A stretch of DNA of 64,000 bases, taken from positions 5,651-69,650 of the forward strand of contig JAKIVZ010000001.1 of NCBI GenBank assembly GCA_022750295.1, in the 5' to 3' direction. Below, piece after piece: positions 47,472 to 57,054 of this stretch. The stretch comes from Candidatus Lutacidiplasma silvani. Its GTDB lineage: Archaea; Thermoplasmatota; Thermoplasmata; Lutacidiplasmatales; UBA184. The notes beneath the pieces were generated by a model. The model was not told where the DNA came from. It did no database searches and was given only the letters and a program-made list of their open reading frames with translations. Within the stretch, counting starts at the first letter, position 1; the number at the start of each line of letters is the position of its first letter. Both the position numbers and the translations under genes were made by a program.

Positions 47472-49550
47472 CTAGCTGTGCAGCGTCCGGCGCGGGAGGT
47501 CGGTCCCGCAGCTATCGCACGTTTCGCGGATCGGCAGGTTGGAGGCGCCGCACGCCGGGCAGTTCTTCCGGCCGAGGAGCGTCCGGCTCGGGTCCGTTGG
47601 CGGGGCCCAGGGTGCGGCGGACCGGAGGGCGGCCGAGCGCCGGCGTCGGAATTCGCGGTATCCGACCGCGGCGACGATCGCGATGAGCAGGAGCAGCAGG
47701 AGGACGATCGCCCACAGGGGGACGAGCGGAGGCGGCGGCGGGGGAGCCGTGACCGCCACCGTCGCCACCGAGGTCGTGTTCGTCGCGCCGAGCGGGTCGG
47801 TCACGACGAGCGAGGTCGGAAAGGTACCGACGGTCCGAAACGCGTGGTCGACGACCGCGCCATCTCCCTTCGAGCCGTCGCCGAACGTCCAGGTGTAGTT
47901 GTACGGCCCGCCCGCGCCCCCCGTGGCGGTCGCGTTGAACGTGAGCGATTGCCCCGTCTCGGCGTTCGTCGGAACGGTCCGAACGGAGACGGAGACCGGG
48001 GCCACGGTCACGGCCACGACCGACCGGTTCGACGCCCCGTTCGAGTCGGTCACGACGACCGTCGCCGATTCGGTCCCCGCGGTGGCGAACGCGTGGGTGA
48101 CCGCCTTGCCGCTCGCCGTCCCACCGCCGGAGAACGTCCAGGCATACCGGGCGTACGTCCCCGAGCCGTTCTCCGCGTGGGCGTTCAGGTCGAGGACCGT
48201 GCCGGGGGCGGCGGCGACGGAGTTGGCACTTGCGCCCACCGACAGTCGCGGACTGACGTTGAGGGAGATCGGCTCGACGACCGTGGTGGTCGTGGCGTCG
48301 ACGACCGTGCACGTCGCGACGGTCGGACCCGTGGTGAGGTACGTGTGGTCGATCGAGCTTCCGGACCCGGAGGTCCCGTCCCCGAACGTCCACCCCACGG
48401 TGAACGACGGGGTTCCGAGCGACACCGAGCAGCCAAAGGCCACCGATTGGCCGACGTCGACGCGGGTCGCGTTCGACGTCACGTTGACGAACGGGGCTGT
48501 GTTGACGAGGATGGAGATCGCCGCGCTCGCCTCCGTGTGGGCATGGTCGGTCACGACGCAGTCGACGGTCGGGGTGCTCGCGTTCGCGTAACTCTCGCTC
48601 ACGCTCGACGGACCGGGGACCGAAGTGCCGTTGCCGAAGTCCCAGCTGAAGTTGTACGGGGAGACCCCACCGGACGGATTGCAGCTGAAGAGGTCGGGCT
48701 GGCCGGTGTCCACGACGTTCCGGTCGACCGAGAGCGACGAAGCGAGGGGGACGGGGACCCCGAAGGTGACCGCGTTCGATTCGGTCACGGCCGACTGGAC
48801 GGACCCGGTCCCGCAGCCGGCGAAGCAGTCGGTCGTGTTCAGGTAGAACGTGTAACCGAGGCCGCCCGAAAGGCCGGTGGCGGTGAACGTCCGCGTCCCG
48901 ACCGAGGAGATGCTCTGGACGAGCGACGGGGCGCCGCCGCCGACCTCTTCGTAGAGTCCGTAGGCGACGAATCCGAGGTCGCCCCCGTACGAGGCGTTGT
49001 TCGTCCAGTTGAATTCGGCCGACGACCCCGTCGGCTGGGTGACGTTGAGCGAGGCGAGTGCCGGCTGGGTGCTCTCGATCGAGTTGGAAGTTGAGCTGCA
49101 GAGGAACCCGGTCGCGGTGACCTCCCACCACGCGCTCGCCCCCGGTGTCATCTCGCCCGTGGACCAGGACGTCGTGGTGTCGACCGTGATGGTGGCCACC
49201 CCCTGCCAGGGGCCGCCGGCGCCCGAGGTGGACTCGTCGACCGCGTAGCTGGTAAAGCCGGTTTCGCAGTCCTCGGTCCAGCTCAGGGCCAGCGCCGACG
49301 GCGAGGTCCCGGCGAGCGAGAGGGTCACCGCCGCCGCCGGACGGACACTCGAGTCGGCCGGGGCCGGGAGCGAGGAGAGCCGGGAAGCCGAAGCGGTTCC
49401 CGTCGTCTCGGCCGACCTCAGGGCCGAACCCGCGTTCGCTTCCCGAGTCGGCGGAGCCGTCCCGATCGACGCCACCAGTCCGGCGGTGACGACGGTGAGA
49501 ACGACGAAGATCGACGCGAGGACAAGCCCGGTGCGCGTTTGGCGTGACAT
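47472..49550 (-). CDS. FN3/PKD-domain surface protein with TM helix and cytoplasmic zinc ribbon
   Basis: Four W.FG(D/N)G-like PKD repeats; C-terminal CPACG....RETCDSCG. Confidence 0.85.
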   Translation of the reverse strand: MSRQTRTGLVLASIFVVLTVVTAGLVASIGTAPPTREANAGSALRSAETTGTASASRLSSLPAPADSSVRPAAAVTLSLAGTSPSALALSWTEDCETGFTSYAVDESTSGAGGPWQGVATITVDTTTSWSTGEMTPGASAWWEVTATGFLCSSTSNSIESTQPALASLNVTQPTGSSAEFNWTNNASYGGDLGFVAYGLYEEVGGGAPSLVQSISSVGTRTFTATGLSGGLGYTFYLNTTDCFAGCGTGSVQSAVTESNAVTFGVPVPLASSLSVDRNVVDTGQPDLFSCNPSGGVSPYNFSWDFGNGTSVPGPSSVSESYANASTPTVDCVVTDHAHTEASAAISILVNTAPFVNVTSNATRVDVGQSVAFGCSVSLGTPSFTVGWTFGDGTSGSGSSIDHTYLTTGPTVATCTVVDATTTTVVEPISLNVSPRLSVGASANSVAAAPGTVLDLNAHAENGSGTYARYAWTFSGGGTASGKAVTHAFATAGTESATVVVTDSNGASNRSVVAVTVAPVSVSVRTVPTNAETGQSLTFNATATGGAGGPYNYTWTFGDGSKGDGAVVDHAFRTVGTFPTSLVVTDPLGATNTTSVATVAVTAPPPPPPLVPLWAIVLLLLLLIAIVAAVGYREFRRRRSAALRSAAPWAPPTDPSRTLLGRKNCPACGASNLPIRETCDSCGTDLPRRTLHS

Positions 49551-49725
49551 CGAAGTGCCGAACCTCCGACTCCCCCCGCGGGGACCCGGCACTTTCGAGA
49601 TTTGCCGAATCCGCGTTGATAAAGATTGTGTCGGCGCAGGCGGTCCGGACGACCGGGTCTCACGCGACCCGCCATCCGACCGACCCGGGCGGGGGGAGCG
49701 GGCGCTCCCCTGCGGGCGGAGGCCG

Positions 49726-50670
49726 CTAGATCGTCAGAACCGTCTTGCCGCGGAGCTTCCCTTCTCGGCTCGCGTCGAGGACGTCCGGAGCGGAATCGAG
49801 CGGGACCTTCTGTTCGACGGGGACCCGGAGCATTCCCTTGGAGAACTCCGCCGAAAGCCGGTCGAGCAGGGCGGTGCTGGGGTGCAGGTCGATGTTCAAG
49901 CCCCGAAGCCCCCGAGATCCCGCGACCGCCTCGGTCGCCGCCCCGATCGTCGAGGCGACCGTTCCCCCGGCCCGGACGAGTCCGAGGTACGACTCGAACT
50001 CTTCGCCTTGGTGCGCCAGGTCCAGGATCGCATCGACTCCGTCGGGGTAGCTTCGCTTCACGTCGTCCCGGAACGCCATCGCGGACGCGTCGAAGAACCG
50101 GGAGGCGCCGAGCTTGTGGAGGTAATCCTGGTTCGCCCCCCGCGACGCGGCAATCGTCGTGATCCCCTGGTTCGCGGCGAGCTGGACCGCGAACGACCCC
50201 ACGCCGCCCGAGGCGCCCAGAATGAGGAGGGACTGCCGCTTCTTGAGACCGATCTCGTCGAGGGCGTGGAGTGCGGTCATCCCGGGCGTCGGGATCGCCG
50301 CGGCGGGCTCGTTGTACATTCCGCGAGGACGTACCGCGATGCCGAGCGATTCCGGCGCGACGACATACTCCGCGTAGGTGCCGCGGCCCACGGGCGCGTG
50401 GAAGAATTGACCGAACACGCCGTCGTTCACTTTGAGACGGGTCACGCCCGGACCGACGGCGTCCACCGATCCGGCGCCATCGACGCCGAGGATGAGCGGG
50501 AACTCGTGCGGCATCTTCCCGTCGAACCGGCCGTCGGCGATCTTCCAATCGAACGGGTTGACCCCCGCGGCGCCCAGGTGGACGAGGACCTCCCCTTCGC
50601 CCGGTTCGGGCTTGGGCAGCTCCATCCGCTCCGGTCGGTCCCCGAACTTTCGAATGGCGACGGCTCGCAT
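49726..50670 (-). CDS. NADP-dependent quinone oxidoreductase (MDR family)
   Basis: AAGVNPFDWK, GVDGAG.V, GASGGVG.FAVQLA, GK.VL. Confidence 0.9.
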   Translation of the reverse strand: MRAVAIRKFGDRPERMELPKPEPGEGEVLVHLGAAGVNPFDWKIADGRFDGKMPHEFPLILGVDGAGSVDAVGPGVTRLKVNDGVFGQFFHAPVGRGTYAEYVVAPESLGIAVRPRGMYNEPAAAIPTPGMTALHALDEIGLKKRQSLLILGASGGVGSFAVQLAANQGITTIAASRGANQDYLHKLGASRFFDASAMAFRDDVKRSYPDGVDAILDLAHQGEEFESYLGLVRAGGTVASTIGAATEAVAGSRGLRGLNIDLHPSTALLDRLSAEFSKGMLRVPVEQKVPLDSAPDVLDASREGKLRGKTVLTI

Positions 50671-50746
50671 CGTCCGTCCCGACGCCGCGGCCGCCTTTCA
50701 AGGGTCCGCCCTTTCGCCGAAGACGCGTCGACTCCGGTTGGGGACG

Positions 50747-51166
50747 TTACGGGGGCGGCGGGCCGCGGCCCAGGTCGTTCATGATTTGCTGGTACTGCTC
50801 GCGGGTGATCTCGCCACGGGCGTACCGCATCCGCGCGACGCGGGCCGGGCCCAAGTCGCCGCCACGGCGGCCTCCCCCGCGGCCCCCGTACTGGCTGGCT
50901 CGCATCCCCCAGAACGCAACGCGGACGATGAAGAACACGAGAATCAGGACGAAGAAGAGGGCGAAGACGCCCCCGAACAGTCCGAACCTGACGGGGGTCT
51001 GGGAGGGGCCGACCCCGAACGTGGACGGGCTCGCGACGAGGAGCAGCAGGACCACCACGATTCCGATGAACACGAGCGCAATCACGAGCGGGATCCACCG
51101 GCGCCGCCGAGGGGCCGGGTACGTCCCCATTCCCCGCGGGCGGTAGTACGGTCCGGGGTCGCTCAC
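50747..51166 (-). CDS. SHOCT-domain membrane protein
   Basis: Two TMs, then 'RMRYARGEITREQY'. Confidence 0.85.
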   Translation of the reverse strand: MSDPGPYYRPRGMGTYPAPRRRRWIPLVIALVFIGIVVVLLLLVASPSTFGVGPSQTPVRFGLFGGVFALFFVLILVFFIVRVAFWGMRASQYGGRGGGRRGGDLGPARVARMRYARGEITREQYQQIMNDLGRGPPPP

Positions 51167-51341
51167 CGGGGCCTCCGACGGGAAACGCACGGCCCCGGGT
51201 TAAGAACTGTCGTCTCGCAAAGCGGGTCCGACCGGTTCGGTCGGGAACTCGAAGCCCGCGGGCCAAAGGCCCCCCCCTCCGTCGCCCGATCGGCCGATAC
51301 CTACCGCCTCGGGAAAAACGGCCGCCCGGTCCCACGCCCCG

Positions 51342-54050
51342 ATGGCCGCGACCGACCCCGACGCTCCGGTGCGGGCCGACGACGGCTCCCCCGAGCTCCC
51401 GCTTCCGCTCTTCGAGCAGCGGCCGGCGGCGATCCAGTTCCTGGACCGGGCGGAGGAGGCGGTCCGGTCCCGGCTCGTCCAACGTCGATGGCTGCGGCGG
51501 ATCTTCCAGCTCGACCGGGACTGGATGACGCGGATCACGATGCTGATGGTGATCGCCTCGGTCGTCTGGGGGATCCTCGGCGCCGCGGACATCTTCGACT
51601 GGCGGACGCAGGTCACCGCCTACGCGCTCGGCCAGACGCTTTCGCTCTCGAACCAGGAGGCGTACGCCTCGATCACCCTCCACGGGATCCGGATGCTGTT
51701 CGGCTTCGCCCAACAACTCGAACTCGCTCTCTTCGGGATCATTTTCGTGACCGCGTTCGGCGTCGCGCCGCGCCACAAGTGGGCGTACTACCTCTCGGTG
51801 TTCCTGTTCAACCTGAGCCTCGTGCTGATGGAGGGGCCATTCTACCTCCTCCCCCAATTCAACGACAATTATTTTCCGGCGCTCGGTTGGTACTTCTACT
51901 CGCCCCTCGGAATCCGCGGCCTCTCGGAGTACGTCGCGAGTCCCCTCTGGTACCTCGGCTGGATCCTCCTCAGCGTCGCCGCGATCCTCTGGGCGGCGTG
52001 GATGCTGGTCCACTTCCTCGAATGGTGGCGGGGGCACCGCGGCGCCGTCCGACGGGTTCCGCCGTTCGCCATGTACGTCCTCGCGGCGGTGATCCTGATC
52101 CCGCTGTCGTACGTCACGGTCCTCGCGTCGTCGGCGTGGGACCTTCTGAACTACTTCGGCATGGGGCCGGTGAGCCCGCTGCTGAACCAGGTCCTGTTCT
52201 GGTTCTTCGGCCACGGGATCGTGTACATCCTGTTCCTGATCCCGATCACGGCGTTCTACTTCCTCGTCCCCGTCTTCGCCCAGCGGCCGATCTACAGCTA
52301 CCGGGCCGCGTTCGCCGGGGCGGCCTTGTTCACGATCGTCACTCCGCTCATCGGGATCCACCACCTGTACCTCACCCCCGTGCCGCCGTGGGCCGCGTGG
52401 CTCACGATGGCGTTCACGTTCCTGATCATCATCCCGACCGCGGTCAGCCTGTTCACGATCTGGCTCACCCTGAAGGGCGTGCGCCGCGGGGATTGGCCGT
52501 GGAACGCGGTCACGCTGTTCCTCCTGCTCGCGTTCGGGGGGACCGTGGCCGGGGGGCTCACCGGCCCGGACAGCAACAACGTCGCGTTCGACATCGACCT
52601 CCACAACACGCTCTTCGTCGTGAGCCACTTCCACGCGATCGCGCTCCTCTCAATCGTCGCCGGCGGGTTCGCCGTCGTCTATGCCACGTTCCCGCTCCTG
52701 ACCGGCCGGCTCTGGTACTCGCCGCGGCTCGCGCAGGCCCACTTCGCGACGTCCGCCATCGGATGGAGCGGCCTCGTGACGTTCATGGGGATCCTCGGCT
52801 CCGACGGCCTCCTCCGACGTTCGCTCACGTTCCCGCTCACGAACTCGATCGTGAACGACCAGGTCGGGCTCACGGTGTTCGTTGTCGTCGCGATCGGCGC
52901 GCAGCTGTTCTTCGTCGCCAACGCGCTTCTCACCATGTTCCGCGGAGAGCGGCTCGTCGTCCGGGGGCTCTCGCTCGACGAGATCGTGCGGACGATCGCG
53001 CGGTCGACGGAGCCCCGGCCCAAGGTCCCGGTCACGGACGTTCCGTTCACTCGCCGGATTCCCCGGTCCGTTCGGGAGCGGGCCGAACGGTCGTGGTCGG
53101 TCGTCCTTGCGGTCCTCCTCGTCGGGGTCCTGATCGCGACGTCCCCGCTCGCGATCTCCGATTCGACGCAGATCGGGTCCCCGTCGCACCCGCCGGCCGG
53201 GGCCGAGTTCGTGAACCTCGTCAACCACCAGTACTACTGGGAGGTCCACGAGAACGGACCGGTCGTCGGCTCCTACTCGGACCTCGTGGTCGTGCACGCC
53301 GGCCAGTGGATCGCCGTGAATGCGACCGCCGACGGCGCGACCGGCGGATTCTACCTGCCGTTCCGAAACCTCCCGGTCGTGAACATCCAGGTGATCCCCG
53401 GTTCGATGTCGTACTGGCTCTTCCAGGCCCCCTCGGTCCCCGGGGTCTACGGGGCCCCGGACTCGGAGTACAACGGGCCCTGGTTCGGCCAGGACGCCGC
53501 CGCGCTCGTCGTCCTCCCCGCCGCGGGAACGCCGGGGTTCCCGGCGCTCCCGTCGAACGCCGGCGCCGGTGACCTCTACGACCCCCCCATCCTCGCCGCC
53601 CGCGGCGCGTCGCTCGCGGCCGACCAGGAGGGGCTGTTCGACAACTCGGCCCCCGGGCCGACGCTCACCGCTTCGGCCGGTCCCGTGACGTTCGGGTGGG
53701 ACGTCCCGATGTCGAGCATCGGGATCGACAATTATCTCGTCAACGTCACCTCGACCGCGCCGAACGGCCAGCAGCAGTTCGTGGCCGCCCACGGGGACAC
53801 GCTGCCATACGAGTTCGGGATCTATTCGGTGAACCTGACGGGCGCCGGACTCGTCCCCGTCACCACCCAACCGCTCCACATCGGGTCCGAGCGCAATGAG
53901 ACCGCGACGCTTTCGGCGGGGCTCTACGAGTACGGGCTCACCACGCCGGTCTCGTACGTCTACGACCCGGACGGCGAGTCGAACTGGATGACCGGTTCCC
54001 AGGCCGGGATGGTGCAGGGGCTCTGGGGCGTCCTCTGGGTGGGGCCATGA
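51342..54050 (+). CDS. Heme-copper terminal oxidase subunit I fused to a CuA-less subunit II-like domain (putative quinol oxidase, DoxB/DoxC-like)
   Basis: TLHG, WFFGHGIVY, GIHH, HNT.FVVSHFH, LLRR; then a TM and cupredoxin-like 'HQYYW...VIPG...PGVY...SEYNGPWF'. Confidence 0.88.
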   Translation: MAATDPDAPVRADDGSPELPLPLFEQRPAAIQFLDRAEEAVRSRLVQRRWLRRIFQLDRDWMTRITMLMVIASVVWGILGAADIFDWRTQVTAYALGQTLSLSNQEAYASITLHGIRMLFGFAQQLELALFGIIFVTAFGVAPRHKWAYYLSVFLFNLSLVLMEGPFYLLPQFNDNYFPALGWYFYSPLGIRGLSEYVASPLWYLGWILLSVAAILWAAWMLVHFLEWWRGHRGAVRRVPPFAMYVLAAVILIPLSYVTVLASSAWDLLNYFGMGPVSPLLNQVLFWFFGHGIVYILFLIPITAFYFLVPVFAQRPIYSYRAAFAGAALFTIVTPLIGIHHLYLTPVPPWAAWLTMAFTFLIIIPTAVSLFTIWLTLKGVRRGDWPWNAVTLFLLLAFGGTVAGGLTGPDSNNVAFDIDLHNTLFVVSHFHAIALLSIVAGGFAVVYATFPLLTGRLWYSPRLAQAHFATSAIGWSGLVTFMGILGSDGLLRRSLTFPLTNSIVNDQVGLTVFVVVAIGAQLFFVANALLTMFRGERLVVRGLSLDEIVRTIARSTEPRPKVPVTDVPFTRRIPRSVRERAERSWSVVLAVLLVGVLIATSPLAISDSTQIGSPSHPPAGAEFVNLVNHQYYWEVHENGPVVGSYSDLVVVHAGQWIAVNATADGATGGFYLPFRNLPVVNIQVIPGSMSYWLFQAPSVPGVYGAPDSEYNGPWFGQDAAALVVLPAAGTPGFPALPSNAGAGDLYDPPILAARGASLAADQEGLFDNSAPGPTLTASAGPVTFGWDVPMSSIGIDNYLVNVTSTAPNGQQQFVAAHGDTLPYEFGIYSVNLTGAGLVPVTTQPLHIGSERNETATLSAGLYEYGLTTPVSYVYDPDGESNWMTGSQAGMVQGLWGVLWVGP

Positions 54051-54262
54051 GCGAGCGGGCGTCGTCGGCCGACCGGGGCCTCACGCCGTTCACCTGGTTC
54101 GGCATCGCCCTCGTCGTCGGCGCGGCGTTCGCGATCTACATGGGGCTCTCGTACGAGGCGATCCCGAACTTCACGACGGCCGACTTTCCGACGATCGCCG
54201 GGATCACGATCGCCGTGGTCGCGTTCCTCGTCATCGGGTCCCGGGCGCCCCCGAACGAGTAG
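54047..54262 (+). CDS. Small 2-TM protein, probable oxidase accessory subunit
   Basis: ATGA overlap with the oxidase stop; two hydrophobic helices in 71 aa. Confidence 0.7.
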   Translation: MSERASSADRGLTPFTWFGIALVVGAAFAIYMGLSYEAIPNFTTADFPTIAGITIAVVAFLVIGSRAPPNE

Positions 54263-54339
54263 GGAGTTCGGGGTCCGTCCCGCCCGAACCTCGCCCGCGT
54301 CCGATTTGAACTCCGGGGTCCCTCCCCCGGGCGACACCG

Positions 54340-54795
54340 ATGGCCGGTCAGATCCTCGCGTGCGTCGACCCGTCGCCTGCCGGCGAGCGGGCGTGCGCGG
54401 CGGCGATCGAGATGGCGGTCCGGTTCGGGCGGCCCCTCACCCTGGTCACGGTCCTTCCCGGGAGCGAGAAAGACTCCCACCCCGACCTCGACCGACTCGT
54501 GCCGATGCAGTCGGGAGGCCGGTCGATCCACCAGATGCTGGAGGAGGCGCAGGCCGAGGCGCTGAAGAAAGGGGTTCCGGCCGCCGAGATCGTCTACCTG
54601 CGGGGCAACGTGTTCGAGGCCCTGATGGCGTACCTCGAACCTTCGCCGCCCGACCTCGTCGTCGTCGGGACCCGTGGTCGGTCGCGGGGAAGCCGGATTC
54701 TGCTCGGGAGCGTCTCGAGCCGTCTTGTCACCGAGGCGCCGTGCCCCGTCCTGGTGGTCCGAACGGTCCGGAAACCCGGCGGGAAAGCGATCTAG
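54340..54795 (+). CDS. Universal stress protein (USP)
   Basis: ILACVD.S, DLVVVGTRG....RILLGSVS..LV..APCPVLVV. Confidence 0.92.
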   Translation: MAGQILACVDPSPAGERACAAAIEMAVRFGRPLTLVTVLPGSEKDSHPDLDRLVPMQSGGRSIHQMLEEAQAEALKKGVPAAEIVYLRGNVFEALMAYLEPSPPDLVVVGTRGRSRGSRILLGSVSSRLVTEAPCPVLVVRTVRKPGGKAI

Positions 54796-54929
54796 CGCGA
54801 CCGGCCCTCGAGCCTCTCCAGGCGCGCGAAGGATCGCCTCCCCCGGAATGTCGGCCGTTCCCCGCGGGCGGGAAGAAATACTCCGGACCGCTCCGCGGGC
54901 CGGGTCCGGAGGAGCGGCGCGGAGGAAGC

Positions 54930-55330
54930 GAGCGCCGTCGATCTTCCGGTCAAGCTGGGGCTCCGCCCGGCGAGCCGGGTTCGGTTCGTTCGGGATCCCG
55001 CGGACCTCCGAGCTTCGCTCCGTTCGGCCGTGCGGTCGTGCGTCGTCGTCCGAGACTCGGGCGTGCCGCTGGATTTCATTCTGGCCGTCGTGCGGTCGCG
55101 TCGTGCGGCGATCGGGGAGCTGGATCGGGCGCTGCTCCGGCTGGCTCCGTCGGGCATGGTCGGGTTCGCCTGGCCCAAGAAGAGCGGGGGCCTCCGGACC
55201 GATCTCAACGACGCCGTCGTGCGGCGCCTCGGACTCGCGACCGGTTTGGTGGACGTGAAGGTGGGCCCCCTCGACCCGACCTGGTCGGCGCTGAAGTTCG
55301 TCCGCCGACTTGCGGACCGAGCCTCGGGGA
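54930..55330 (+). pseudogene. DUF3052-like gene, lacking a canonical start and normal stop (boundaries approximate)
   Basis: In-frame 'LPVKLGLRP...AWPKKSGG..TDL.D..VR..GL..GLVDVKV..LD.TWSALKFVRR'. Confidence 0.6.
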
Positions 55331-55412
55331 AGGAGGGGAAGGAGGGGAAGGAGGGGACGAGGTCGGCGGCACGGTCCGGGGACCGCCGGGTCCCGAGGAC
55401 CCGGTCGGTGGA

Positions 55413-56084
55413 CTACGGCGCCTTGGCAAGACGATTGATCTCCCGGGTCCCCAGAAGATGGGTCGGGGCGCCGTGCGCGGCGACCCGAATCATTGCCCGG
55501 CCCATCGACTCGGTGGTCGTCATCGAGTCCGGGGAGATCGCAGCCGCGACCAGGACGAACGGGAGAAGCACGGCGTACAGGACCCGGTAGATCCGCGACC
55601 TCGACCGGATCCCGTCCTTCGCCCGGATGACCCCCGGTCGAAACATGTACGCCCCCCGGAACGGAAGTCGGAGGAGGGCGTTCTCCGTCTGGCCCTTCAC
55701 GCGGGCCCACATCGCTCGCCCGTGCTCGGTGCTGTCGGTCCCGGCCCCGGAAACGTAGACGAACGACATCGCCGGGTTCAGTCGAACGAGGGTCTGGGCG
55801 ACCGAGGTCGTCAGGTCGAACGTGACCTTCCGATAGTCGACCTCCGACATCCCGGCCGACGAGACCCCGAGGCAGAAGAAGCACGCATCGTACCCGCGGA
55901 GCCGGTCTTCGACCTGCGCCAGGTCGGTCAGGTCCGGTTGGACGAGCTCCTCGAGCTTCGGGTCGGTCCGACCGGTCGGGCTCCGGCCGAGGGAGAGCAC
56001 GCGTTCGACCCGGGGGTCGCGCAGGCACTCGAGGAGGACCCCTTGGCCGACCATTCCAGTCGCGCCCGTCACGAGGACCTTCAT
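55413..56084 (-). CDS. NAD(P)-binding epimerase/dehydratase-like protein
   Basis: TGATGMVG.GV, DACFFCLG.S, YVSG.G, WARVKG..E, FRPG.I. Confidence 0.9.
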   Translation of the reverse strand: MKVLVTGATGMVGQGVLLECLRDPRVERVLSLGRSPTGRTDPKLEELVQPDLTDLAQVEDRLRGYDACFFCLGVSSAGMSEVDYRKVTFDLTTSVAQTLVRLNPAMSFVYVSGAGTDSTEHGRAMWARVKGQTENALLRLPFRGAYMFRPGVIRAKDGIRSRSRIYRVLYAVLLPFVLVAAAISPDSMTTTESMGRAMIRVAAHGAPTHLLGTREINRLAKAP

Positions 56085-56677
56085 GACCGGCGCGTGCCGC
56101 CGCGCCCCTTCAATCCATCGGCGCGGGGGGTCGAACGGGACCGCTCGGATCGGGCGTCCAAGCGGAGCCCGAACAGAGCCTCGTCGCCGATGATCCGCAT
56201 CCGGCTTCGCAGGCCCCACGCGCCCAGTCCGCCGTCCCTCCAGCCCGTTTCCTTCCGCTCGGTTTTCCGGAACCCCCTCGACCGGATCAGAGCGATCGAG
56301 GCGCGGTTCTCGGGCTCGGCGACGGCGTACACGACGAGAACCCCCTGACGCCGAAACCACCCGATGGCATCGTCGAACAGCGTCGCGCCGATCCCCCATC
56401 GGCGGAAGTTCGTGCCGACGAAGAGGTAGGAGACGTATCCGACCTCGGGAACGAGTCGCTCCAGAAGCGCAGCTCCCGCGACCACCCCGTCCCAGTCGGC
56501 GACGCGGACCCGTTCGATCTCCAGGAGGGTGCGCTTGGCGTGCCACCGATAGTATCCCGTGAACGATTCCTTCAGGATCGGCAGGACGTCGGGGCGGGCG
56601 TCTCCGGAGATTTCTCGGAGCCGAATCTCGGCCGGGGGAGTAGACCGGCGAGACGCGACGACGGACCGACTCGTCAT
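56081..56677 (-). CDS. GNAT-family N-acetyltransferase
   Basis: FV...FRRWGIG motif A; N.AS.AL....GF motif B. Confidence 0.85.
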   Translation of the reverse strand: MTSRSVVASRRSTPPAEIRLREISGDARPDVLPILKESFTGYYRWHAKRTLLEIERVRVADWDGVVAGAALLERLVPEVGYVSYLFVGTNFRRWGIGATLFDDAIGWFRRQGVLVVYAVAEPENRASIALIRSRGFRKTERKETGWRDGGLGAWGLRSRMRIIGDEALFGLRLDARSERSRSTPRADGLKGRGGTRRS

Positions 56678-57054
56678 CGAAGGCCTACCGGCGAGGTTCT
56701 CGCCGGCGGGGCCGACCGGCCCGTTTCCCGCCAATCGGTCTCTTCACGGCTTCTTGTCGGGGAGAGGAGTCCGGACCGAGCGGAGGGCCCTCCGGAGCCG
56801 GAGCTCGCGGGTCCAAGGTTCCGCCCGGGCGACGGCTCGAAGGGCCGCCTCCATCGGGGGAGCGACATTCTCTCCCCGGAACGCAATTGCCCCGATAGTC
56901 TCTCTGCCCGGAGCCGACGGACGGAGCGCTCGGATCGACTCCACGGCCCGGAAGAAGGTGACCTCGCGCCGTCGGGCCCAGGGGCGACGGCGTGCGCCGA
57001 CGGTCCTCAGGACAATAGATGCATTTATCCCCTGATTTCCGTTCGAAGAAATCG

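Noticed and set aside
56744-56970. Short minus-strand ORF upstream of the GNAT gene
   Set aside because: No recognisable motif or clear start; it may be a remnant, but I cannot support it.
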